Positions 53,041 through 64,000 of a stretch of DNA of 64,000 bases are shown piece by piece (the stretch's first letter is position 1; each line of letters opens with the position of its first letter). This stretch comes from Felis catus (lineage: Eukaryota): positions 113,896,001 through 113,960,000 of the forward strand of contig NC_058368.1 in the NCBI RefSeq assembly GCF_018350175.1, given 5' to 3'. A model generated the notes under the pieces. It worked only from the letters and a program-made list of their open reading frames with translations. It made no database searches and was not told where the DNA came from. The position numbers were made by a program, and so were the translations under genes.

Positions 53041-54832
53041 TATATGATTAATAGTTACTGATATACCCTAATGCAAGGTTTTTCAAAAAATTATTAACCC
53101 ACTGTACATTTTTCAGTTGACATCTAGCATTGGTCATTAGAGTTGCAAAAGATATAATTCCTTTCATTCTGTAAATATCAATATTTACATCACTTTTCAA
53201 AGTATCCAAGTGAATATAAATGTGATGATGGTTTGATATCAACCTTTTCATATGTTTTTTCAACACATGCACTGTACTCACTTTGTATCAAATTATTCTG
53301 CACTTACTGTTACTGCCCAAAAGTCATTCAGCTGTTTAGTTTCTGTTGCTAGACCTAAGATGTGAGCACTCCCTTGCTGATTTCATTCTGGATGAAAAAG
53401 ACTAGAAATGAATTGCAAAGGCTGTGTGTTTTATGGGGTATATACATAAAGTTTAAAAGGGGAAGGGGATTAGACTAGATCACTGTACAACCTGAAAGTC
53501 TATCCAGAGGCCAGAGACAAAGGCAGGCTCTACTGAGAGACAGGCTCCGGAGGCCCAAACGCAGGGTGCCTCAGACCCTCAGCTTGCCTTTACCCTTTAC
53601 CCTCACAAGTACCCTTCACCATAGCAAGCCTCAGCTTAAATTTTACCTCCCAAAAGAGCCCTTCCCAGATCCCCTCACCCATCTAAACTGTGTCTCCTTG
53701 ATACTCTCTAATTATATATACCATGTTCCCTACCTCAAAGGACTTATCACAATCTGTGCACAGACATTACTTGTGTGCTGATTTGATGAGCATCTGTCTT
53801 CACCCCCAGACCACAAACTGCGTGACAGCAGGCAACGGAATCACCCCTGTTACCATTACAACCACATAGCCCAACGAAGTGCCCAGCATACAAGAGGCAC
53901 TCAAACACCTGGGCTGAATTGAATGAAAAAATGATTACCAACTCAGCTTTCCAAATACCATGATCCTGATAAAGGAGGTGGTGTTCTGGAAAAGGGAAAT
54001 AGGTATTTTGGTCACTGGAGAGGTATCTGCCTCACAATAAAGAAGGTGGAACTGTGCTTTAAGAAGAAGAAAAAAGGAAAATCCTTCATATCACATGTAC
54101 TTTCCAGCACTTTACTGAAATAGTAAGGCCCTTAATGACAAGAAATAGTATGTCCTGTGTCTGTGTTTGGCTCAGGGGTTTGTAGGTTCCAAAATGGGCC
54201 ACACACCCTCAACCATCTCTCCTAGTGAAGCATGCCAGTGCTGCCTCATGTCCCCAACCATTAAGACGCACACCTCTGGGTGAAGGAGTGTCTTTGCTGG
54301 CTCCTCTTTTCAAGGCTCCAGATGGCTGAGGATGAGGGCAGGGCAGCAAAAGGAGGAAAAGGCACACATTTCACGGCCGCACACCCCTGCTGAGACTCAG
54401 GCCTGGTGCTTGGCACCTCCATCTCTGAGCATGAGTGCTCAAAGAAACTCAGGTGACTAATGTTGAAACAGGAAAAATTTTTAACAGCCTCACAATCCAC
54501 ACTGAAAATCCCTGAGATGAGATGATGACTGGGGAGAAGTGGGGTCACCCTTCACCCAGAGTTTGAACCAACATGAGTTACAGACTTTGCTCTGGTGCCC
54601 AAGCTCATTTAGAGGCATGACGGCTTAGCGGTTAAGAGTATGGGTGCCATGATCAGACAGGCATGGGTGTGAGGGTCTTTCACCCAACTAAAGGCCATGT
54701 GACGCAGGGCAAGTCACCTAACCTCTTTGGAGCTTTAGCTTCCTCTCCAGCTACCAAATGAGTTGTCGCTAGGGTTCAATGAAATGATGCAATAATAGTG
54801 CGTGGTGAGCGATTAGCTGGGGTTGAGTTTAC

Positions 54833-54954
54833 CTGGACGTTCTCTTCAGTCACCTCGATTTCTGCCGTATAGATGTAGTCAATCAGCTTATTCAGCGTCC
54901 TCCCATCCACGTCCTTGATTTCTATCTTCTTGGCTTTACTCTCAGACATGTCAC
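54833..54954 (-). CDS. KLHL3: KLHL3 internal coding exon (human exon 4 equivalent), BTB domain: GDMSESKAKKIEIKDVDGRTLNKLIDYIYTAEIEVTEENVQ
   Basis: Translation matches KLHL3 as recalled; acceptor ttttggactgtag|GTGAC and donor CAG|GTAAAC; 122 nt, phase 1 to phase 0. Confidence 0.97.
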
Positions 54955-57900
54955 CTACAGTCCAAAACAAAACCAAAACGGTCACGAACTTGGTGCTTAA
55001 CTTTCACATAGCCTCCTGCCCTGTGTTGGCAGCATAAAAGCGCTGGGAGGTGGCAGAAGGGATTCAGGCATGGAGGAGGATAAAACAGCTGACCTCAAGG
55101 GCACATCAACTTTGGGTCTGTGATCATCTGCAAACCCAACTCTACGCATTCCTCACTCTGTCTGTTGCCCATTCCCATTTTGCAGGCAAATCTGTGTGCA
55201 GTAGTAACTCATTCAACCAACATTTACTATAAACCTGTACATACAGGGCCCAGAAAAGTGAACAAGATATGCACCTGCCCTCAAGGAGCACACAGTTTAG
55301 CAGGGCAGATATATAAAAATATATGAGGCAATAGGAGCTTAATGGAGATATAAATAACATGCCAGTATAACAACAACAATACAAAGTAACATTTATCGAG
55401 TGCTAACTACGGCTAAGCAATGGGCTAAGCACTTTAAAGTGGCACCTCTTTCAATCTTCACAACAACCTAGGAGTTTCATTAATACTATCCCCAGTTCAC
55501 AGATGAAGAAACTGAGGCACAGGAGGGTGGGTATTCATTTTGCCCACAGTTACACATCTAGGAAGGGGCCAGGCTGGGACTGAAACCAGTGAGTGTGACT
55601 CCAGAGCCCACACTCTACTCACGATCCTCTACTAAATCCCAAGAATGCAAAAGATGGAGCAAACAAGCCCTGGGAAGCCATCCTAGTAGGAGGTCACACT
55701 TAAGCTGGGTATTTCCACGGGCAGCAAAGGTGAGGAAGGATGAGCCGGTTGCAGGAGCCATAAGTTGTAAAGGCAGGAAAGTGCCAAAAGGATAAATCTG
55801 GAGAAGAGTGAGAGGCTGGTATGGGGTGCCAGTGAGAAGAAGCTGGAGAGGGAGGCAGCAGCCGGGGCTTGCAGAGCCCTGTAAGCCACGCAAATGAGTT
55901 TGGACTTGATCCTAGGAGTAGCACCACTGGAAGGTTTTAAACAGGGGAATGACATCAACAGATGGGTATTTCTGAATGAAATTTTGGATGCACGGTGGAA
56001 GCTGGATCAGAGGCAGGGAAAACAGTTGGGAGGCCCTGATAATAATCCAACAAAGAAAAGGACAGAGCCTGTGAACTAGGGCAGCAGCGGTACCACATGT
56101 GCACAGAAATGAGGCCCCTTTCCCCAGCCTGCCCTCTTACACAGCACATGGGTTTGTCTACAGCCAAACTCATCCAACAAGGGCTGCTGATTCCAGTAGG
56201 AAAAGACAGGCTAGACATGTGTCTTTGTAGACTGAAATAAAGGGCAACTTGACTGCAAGAAACAGGGATTCAGAAGCTCTTATGTGAGTATGAAAACAGA
56301 GCCCGGGTAGTTGTTTTCTCTCTGTGGAATTTGGGTGCTGGAGCCAAGAAAATAAAGTACAGTACAGCGTGTGGGCTGCAGACGCCCACCTCCAAGCTGC
56401 ATGGGCAGCACATGATTCCTCCACCAATCTACAGTTCCCAGCCCAACACAGTTAGAGATTTGAATGAGTCTGGAAGAGGGAGGAAAATCATTCCAAATTC
56501 TGCCCACTCCTTCCACCATCAGACCAGGTAGACCAGAGACCCTCCACCCTGTTCTGTCTTCTCTCTGATTACCGGTAGAAGTCAGTGAAAAGGCCTCAGC
56601 ACAAAGAGCCTTGAGGCAGGGCAAACTGGCAAAGGGGAAAGAGGAAAAGATAGGGGATTTCTACTGCACCCATTAGACAGGCTCTCACAATCTCTCTTGA
56701 GTTTACTCCAAGACACATAAAATAAAAATCCACACCCAAGAAAATCAAAAGTTCAACTTACCTTTCTAAACAGCTATTAAGAAATTCATCAGTAAGAGTC
56801 CAGCTGATAATTATAATGCAAACGATAATTACAGACAGCCAATTCTTAGTTTAAGAACTTGGGCCTTAGAAAAAAGACTGAAAAAAAAGAAACACCTGAC
56901 TGCAAGAACCAAGGGATTCAGAAGCCCTTATGTGAGTGCGAAATCAGAGCCTGGCTTGATGGTTTTCTCTCTGTGGAAGTTGTACTTGAGAATAAGATCA
57001 ATCAGTTTTGTAACTTTGGGGTAAACAAGTAGAAACTCCTGAAATTACATGAAGTTACCAGTATATATGGGCAAAAGTTTTATTTTTCTGGGGGATGCAA
57101 GATCATTCTTAGTCAAATGTATAGCAAACAATCAGACACAGATGGTGGAACTTTGGGAGATTTTTTTTCCTGCTTCTTTACATGGCTCCAAAATTTCTAA
57201 CTTTCTATATTAAATACTTAAACTTCAATAAGCAAACGGGAAAACCACGTGAAGGAAAAACTATGGCCTCAAAAACCAAAATCTATTTTAAGAAAGTTCC
57301 CTTATAGGATATTAGAAACCGGTATAAATCACACAGACTTGTAAAATCCAACATTATTTCTTATAAACCAACAGAGATTACTGCACCAAACTAAGGCTTC
57401 AGCTTAAACAGACTCTGAAAGTGGTAGCAGTAATAGCTGCTACCGTGTGCCAGAACCTCTGCCAAGGGTTTATACACGTTATTTCATTCAATCCTTCTAA
57501 CAACCCCAGGAGGTAGATATTATTTCCATTTTATAAACTATAGAACTGGCATTTCAAAAGGTATTTGCATATGGCTGTGAGAGGCAGGGCTGGGATTTGA
57601 ATCTTGGCCTAACTCTAGACCGCATGTCATTTCTCACAAATCCCTGGATAATTTAAACCTAACCCTAACTAATGACCTTGATAAAAGTATTCCCAAACAA
57701 GGCCTTGGTCCAAATTCTAAGGACAACTTAGTATGTAAGACCTAGCAAACAAGAACCAAGAGGGAGAAGATCTTGTCAAGCTCATTTGCCAAGATATCCT
57801 CAACACCTAACAAAGTGCTTGGCATATAACAAGCACTTAAAAAATACTTGTTGGAGGAAAAAGAAGAAAAGGAAAAAAAGGGGCTTTCCTTGATATCTCA

Positions 57901-58106
57901 TAATTCCATGGATTCCAGTAATTCCTGAGGAGCAGAAACCAACAAAGGCTTGGTCATTCTTGCTCCTTTCCTCACCTCGACTACTCTGTCAAAATAAAAC
58001 AAAACATGAGCTCTATATGTCCTTCCATCTTCAAGGTCAACCCAAGAGCCATCCTCCTCTGCTTTTGCCAAGAGGCCCAGCCCAACCACCTCAGATTTGA
58101 ATTTTC

Positions 58107-58790
58107 TTTTTTTTTTTAATATGAAATTTATTGTCAAATTGGTTTCCATACAACACCCAATACTCATCCCAACAGGTGTCCTCCTCAATGACCATCACCC
58201 ATTTTCCCCTCCCTCCCACCCCCCATCAACCCTCAGTTTATTCTCAGTTTTTAAGAGTCTCTTATGGTTTGCTTCCCTCCCTAACTCTTTTTTCCTTCCC
58301 CTCCCCCATGGTCTTAAGTTTCTCAGGATCCACGTAAGAGTGAAAACATATGGTATCTGTCTTTCTCTGTATGGCTTATTTCACTTAGCATAACACTCTC
58401 CAGTTCCATCCATATTGCTACAAAAGCCCATATTTCATTCTTTCTCATTGCCAAGTAGTATTCCACTGTGTATATAAACCACAATTTCTTTATCCATTCA
58501 TCAGTTAATGGACATTTAGGCTCTTTCCATAATTTGGTTATTGTTGAAAGCGCTGCTGTAAACATTGGGGTACAAGTGCTCCTATGCATCAGCACTCCTG
58601 TATCCCTTGGGTAAATTCCTAGCAGTGCTATTGCTGGGTCGTAGGGTAGATGTATTTTTAATTTTTTGAGGAACCTCCACACTGTTTTCCAGAGTGGCTG
58701 CACCAGTTTGCATTCCCACCAACAGTGCAAGAGGGTTCCCATTTCTCCACATCCTCTCCAGCATCTATAGTCTCCTGATTTATTCATTTT
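58107..58790 (-). mobile_element. 5'-truncated felid/carnivore L1 (ORF2 C-terminus, 3' UTR and poly-A)
   Basis: ORF 58323-58811 encodes [33 protein letters not shown], the L1 ORF2 Cys-rich domain; T run at 58107-58117. Confidence 0.95.
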
Positions 58791-58904
58791 CAGAAAATGT
58801 GTTAGTCGCACATCTTTCTAGCCTCTTCCACTTCTGCCTGTCATCTGTTACCATGCATGTCCTATTCCTCCAAAAAGAACATGATCCATTCAAGGGCAGA
58901 TATT

Positions 58905-59439
58905 TGTTCATTCATTCATTCATTCATTCAACAAACACATATCAAGCAGTCCCTATGTGCCAAGCACTGTGCTGGACCAGAGGACACAACCATGAATAAG
59001 TTATGTCCCTGCCCTCATGGAGCTCAGTCCAGTGGGGAGAGACACAAGTAAACCAACAATTATGAAATGTGTTAAATACTAGAAAAGAGGGCTTAGCTTA
59101 AAGAGTTGTTAAGCAGGGATTCCTGCACCCTGACCTGTATGCAAAATGAATAGTACACAGGAACCCGTATTTGCCACTGGGGAGAAGACAATCCATTGTT
59201 TTCATCAGATTGATTCATCATGGTTTAGAACCACAGATCTAAAGTGAGATCTGGAGAAGGAGTCATGGTTAGTTAGGAGAGAAGGGAGTATGAGGGAAGA
59301 ATCAATATTCCAGGCAAAGACAGTAGTAGTGTATGTAAAGGTCTGGAGGCAAGAAATAACAGGACCTGTTCTGGGCCCACAAGAAGCTGAATGTGGCAGA
59401 AGCACAGCAAAGAGAGGAATGGGGGGGGGGGGGGGCGGT

Positions 59440-59471
<32 letters not shown>

Positions 59472-60470
59472 TAATGGGGAGTCAAGGCTGGAGACAGAAA
59501 CAGAATCTAGGCAAATGGAAGGCCTTGTGGGCCATGCCAAGGAGTTCAGACTGCACCCTGAAAGTAATGGAAAGCCCCTGACGGATTTTTTTTTCTTTCA
59601 GCTATCAGGTTATGTTAACAAGGGATCAGACCAGGATCAAAATATTGATTCAAAGGATACTCTATGCTGGTTCAAATGGCGGAATGATTAAGCCAATTAC
59701 TTTCTTTTAGTTTTTAGTATTAAATAAATCTTAACTACGATCATTTCTGAAAATGATGTGCATTTAAACATGGATTTCATGACACATGGCTTTTTTTAGT
59801 TTTACTTAAATCCAAGTTAGTTAACATATAGTGTAATAATGGTTTCAGTGCTCATCCCCACAAGTGTCCTCCTTAGTGCCCATCACCCATTTAGCCCATC
59901 CCCCAACCCAACACCCCTCCAGCAACCCTCAATTTGTTCTCTGTATTTAAGACTCTCTTATGGTTTGCCTCCCTCTCTATTTTTATCTTACTTTTCCTTC
60001 CCTTCCCCTATGTTCACCTGTTTTGTTTCTTAAATTCCACATATGAGTGAAATCATGTGTTATTTACCTTTCTCTGACTTATTTCACTTAGCATCATATA
60101 CTTTAGTTCCATCCATGTTATTGTAAATGGCAAGATTTCATTCTTTTTGATGGCTGAGCAATATCCCACTGTGCATATATACCATATCTTTGTTATCCAT
60201 TCATCAGTTGATGGGCATTTGGGCTCTTTCCATAATTTGGCTATTGCTGATAGTGCTGCTATAAACATTGTGGTGCATGTGCCCCTTCAAAAGCCCCTGA
60301 CAGATTTTAAGCAGGTGAGGGATGCATCAGATTGATTTTTTGGAAAGTCACTATAGCTACAGTGTAGAGAACAGGCTGGGGTTGAAGGAACAAAATAGGA
60401 GGCAGGTTGACTAGTACCAAAGCTGCTGCAGGAAATTAGGTGAAAGATGAGAGTGACCTGGACTAAAAGA
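58905..60470 (-). mobile_element. L2 relic interrupted by later insertions
   Basis: ttcattcattcattcaacaaac 3' end; ggccttgtgggccatgccaaggagt...gattttaagcagg continues across the 59571-60308 insertion. Confidence 0.7.
59791..60289 (-). mobile_element. 5'-truncated carnivore L1 3' end, with a probable 3' transduction at 59595-59790
   Basis: MFIAALSAIAKLWKEPKCPSTDEWI ORF2 remnant plus 3' UTR; TSD at 59571-59589 and 60290-60308. Confidence 0.92.
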
Positions 60471-61228
60471 GTAGATCTTAAATTTCTTTAAATCCTCAGG
60501 CCATACCTTAAGACGTTGTACCTCGACATCCCCAAGAACCACAGAGAGCCCAGGAAAGCAAGCAACCCCACACCTCTATCAAGTGATGATGGGGCATTAA
60601 TACCCTGAGCCCACATATTCTTTAAAACCCAGTTCCTTTAACACCATAAGATGGGGCTGTTTTTAATGTACTCAGATGACACGTAGGGACCCATATGGAG
60701 TGGAAATACTCTAGTACACAGAACCCATAGTAAAGGACAAAAAAAAAAGAGAGAGAAAAAAACTGACTAGGCTATTTTGGTAAAATGTGCTTCCCTAGGG
60801 ATGGAGGAGCTAGATGGGGAGGAAGCAGGGCAATCTAAAGTATTCCCTATTCACAGGACGAAGATGGGCAGAACATAGCACTGCTGGCCTCTCTAATCCC
60901 TGTGCTAAAGGAGTGCTGAGCAGTTTGAGTGACAGCCCATCCTGAATCTTCTTGCAAGCTGGCTGCCTCTCAACACTCTCCTCTGGGCACTCAGACCTCA
61001 CTGTCACATTTATCCCAAGTTATTCTGTGCAGAACATGGTCAAAGAGCAGGGTTGATATCTGGGACATTTGGGCAATATGAACTCAGAGGACAAAAAAGT
61101 AAAAACACTTTAAGCCCGAATAAAAAGATCATAATCACACCACTCAAGTCAGAAGAACGTCACGAGTGTTTCTTTTTCATTTTGGCCTTAAACATGCTGA
61201 TAGAAATGGACTTAACAAGAGTCAGCTG

Positions 61229-62015
61229 ATAAAATGAACAACTCAGACAACAAAAGATGTTGGTGAGGATGTGGAGAAAGGGGAACACTTTTGCACTGCT
61301 GGTAGGAATGCAAACTGGTGCAGCCACTCTGGAAAACAGTATGGAGGTCCCTCAAAAAATTAAACATAGAACTACCTTATGACCTGGCAATTGCACTACT
61401 AGGTATTTATTCAAAGGATACATAGGGGCACATGCACACATAGTGTGCTGATTCATAGGGGCACATGCGCCCCAATGTTTATAGCAGCACTATCGACAAT
61501 AGCCAAAGTATGGGAAGAACCCAAATGTTCATCGGTTGATGAATGGATAAAGAAGATGTGGCATACATATATGATGGAATATTACTTGGTAATAAGAAAG
61601 AATGAAAGCTTGCCATTTACAATAACATGGATGGAACTAGAATGTATTATGCTAAGCAAAATAAGTCAGAGAAAGACAAATATCATATGATTTCACTCAT
61701 ATGCAGAATTTAAGAAACAAAACAGATGAACATATGGGAAAGGAAGGCAAAATAAGATAACAGGGAGGCAAACCATAAGAGACTCTTAAATACAGAGAAC
61801 AAACAGAGTTGATGGAGGGAGGAGGGTCGGGAGAAGGGCTAAAGGGGTGATGAGAATTAAGGAGGACACCAGTCGGGATGAGCACTGGGTGATATATGTA
61901 AGTGATGAATCACTAAATTCTATTTCTGAAATCATTATTACACTATACATTAACTAACTTGGATTTAAAATTAAAAACAAAATAAAATAAATTATCTAAA
62001 TTTTTGAAAGAAAAA
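61229..62015 (+). mobile_element. 5'-truncated carnivore L1 3' end
   Basis: ORF2 C-terminal remnant, 3' UTR and A-rich tail; TSD-like agtcagctg on both sides. Confidence 0.93.
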
Positions 62016-62884
62016 ACAGTCAGCTGGGCCTTTTCATGATTAAGTTTATGAATTCTGAAGCTGAATCTGATAATTAGAACAAAATTTTACAATGTTACTC
62101 TTTAAACTTGCTTACCAAGGTTTAAGCCAAATCAAGGGGCCTCAAAAAATACACAAATCTCACAAAATGCCGATGGAAGCATAAGCTGGTCCAACTGTTC
62201 TAGGAAATGTGAATTTGTGACATGTGTCTCAAATCTTCAAAATGTGCACACCCCTATTCTAGGGGTCTATTCTAAGGAAATAATTATAACATAAATAAAT
62301 ATTAAGAAGCAAAGATACCCATGACAGTATTACTTATAATAGCAAAATATTAGAAAGAATTAGAATTTCTAACCAAAATGGAAATCAATTTTTGACTTGG
62401 ACATATATGATGGAATCTTACGAAACCATTGAAATTATGACGTAGATGTGATTTCACTGATGTGAAAATATACTGACCACAGACCAATGGTTCGATTAAG
62501 CAAATTTTCACTGAGCACCTACTACATGGAAGATCCAGGTAGGCAGTGGGGAGATAGCAGTGAATTAAGGTAGAGTTCTTAACTGACTGACCAGAGCAAT
62601 CAGATATTGAGAAAGTAATGAAATAAGCAGTGATACTAAAGACAAGCATAACGTATGGTATCACAAGAGTAAATAACAAAAGAATTTAACCTAATCCAAG
62701 GGGATCATGGGAAAGTCTACCTGAGGAAGTGTTGCTTAAGCAGTAATGAGAGATGAATAGGAGTTAGACAGGCAAAGAGGCAGGGGGAAGAACATCCCAG
62801 GAAGATGAACAGTAATTTTTTTTAAGTATACACATTACATCAACTATGTATATACAAAATGGCTCATTTATATTAAAATTTTAT

Positions 62885-63126
62885 TTTGGTGGGTTTTTAA
62901 ATTTTTTATTTTTTTAGGTATTTTTTATTTTTTTATTTTTTTAGAGAGAGCGAGCGAGCACAAACAAGGGAGAGGGGCAGAGGGAGAGAGAGAGAATCTC
63001 AAGCTACCAAGCTACCATGTTCAACACAGAGCCAGATATGGGGCTCGATCCCACAACCCCGGGATCATGACCTGAGCCAAAAATCAAGAGTCAGATGCTC
63101 AACTGACTGAGCCACCCAGGTGCCCC
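62885..63126 (-). mobile_element. SINEC
   Basis: TSD tatattaaaattttat at ~62869 and ~63127. Confidence 0.88.
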
Positions 63127-64000
63127 TATATTAAAATTTTATGTCGTATGTGTATATATTTATAAATATAAAATCTGAAAGGATATGAACTATAATCTTA
63201 TCTAGATGATGTATTACATATATTTTTTTTTCTGCTTGTCCACATTCTCTAATTTCTTTTCTGCAATCTACATATGTGAGTAGTGTTTGAAGAGGTACAT
63301 GGGTGAGTAGAAAGACAGACAGATATGGCTGGCTGGCTGGCTGGATGGAAGGATGAAAGGATGGACAGTAACCAGATTCAACAGATGACTTGAGCTGGGC
63401 ATCACATTAGACTGTTTCTTCTTGATTTTTTCCTCCCTTTAATGACTAGAATCCAACATCTGCTCCAGAAGCATTCAGATTCTTTATGTTTCTAAAATCA
63501 TGCAACACTACAATTCATCGCAATTCCAAACAGATTTCCTCTCTCAATACTGGACTTTCTAAACCACATACACAAGAAAACGATGAATGGCAGAGCTACT
63601 TAGTGAAGTTGCAACCAAATAATTATTGCAAACAAAATGAATTATTTTTTTAAAATAGACAGATGAATGAGAGAGGTAAACAAGGACATAAAAACCTTGC
63701 TACTAGAGTTTGAAACTACTTCAAAGAGCATGCAGCTCAAAATTTCCAGGTAGTGAAATTCACTGGTTTTCACAACTACATTTTCCAGGCTGCTAATTCC
63801 TGACCCAAGGTTCAAGGTGATGGAAGAGTGGCTTGATCCACTTACCTGAGTTACAGCTCCTTCACACAATGAGCCAAAGGGGAGTCCACATGTGAGGAAC
63901 TCTCAAAACACAATCACTAAGTCACCCCCAACTAGAACCACTCTTGCCCATGAGAGGCCACATACTATATTAGGAGAAGGGAAAGAGCCTACTCAGCAAA

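Noticed and set aside
58323..58811. 162-aa ORF with a Cys-rich motif
   Set aside because: L1 ORF2 C-terminal remnant of a truncated insertion, not a host gene
1..64000. A novel multi-gene or prokaryote-like system (operon, CRISPR array, defence island, intact ERV)
   Set aside because: The sequence is mammalian intron with a single spliced gene; there are no regular repeat-spacer arrays, long ORFs or paired LTRs

Overview
Mammalian genomic DNA, almost certainly from a felid (many young SINEC_Fc-type SINEs and carnivore L1 3' ends). The window lies entirely inside KLHL3 (Kelch-like 3, the CUL3 adaptor that degrades WNK kinases), transcribed on the minus strand. Five internal coding exons are present (122, 163, 110, 117 and 150 nt; recalled as human exons 4-8, about residues 81-301, covering the BTB C-terminal part, BACK and linker). 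All have GT-AG boundaries and splice into one open frame. The last intron hosts the miR-874 hairpin (3043-3120, minus). The rest is intron filled with SINEC, MIR, L1, L2, MLT1 and MER elements, and nearly all other ORFs in the track are spurious. I see no new multi-gene system. The most notable unannotated items are a likely L1 3' transduction bounded by a 19-bp TSD, a retrocopied PABPC1 3' UTR end, a tailless SINE, a (TG)23/poly-T tract at the exon 6 acceptor, candidate poison exons and an ~80-bp diverged local duplication. Gene and repeat family names come from recall of consensus sequences, not database searches, and repeat boundaries are approximate.
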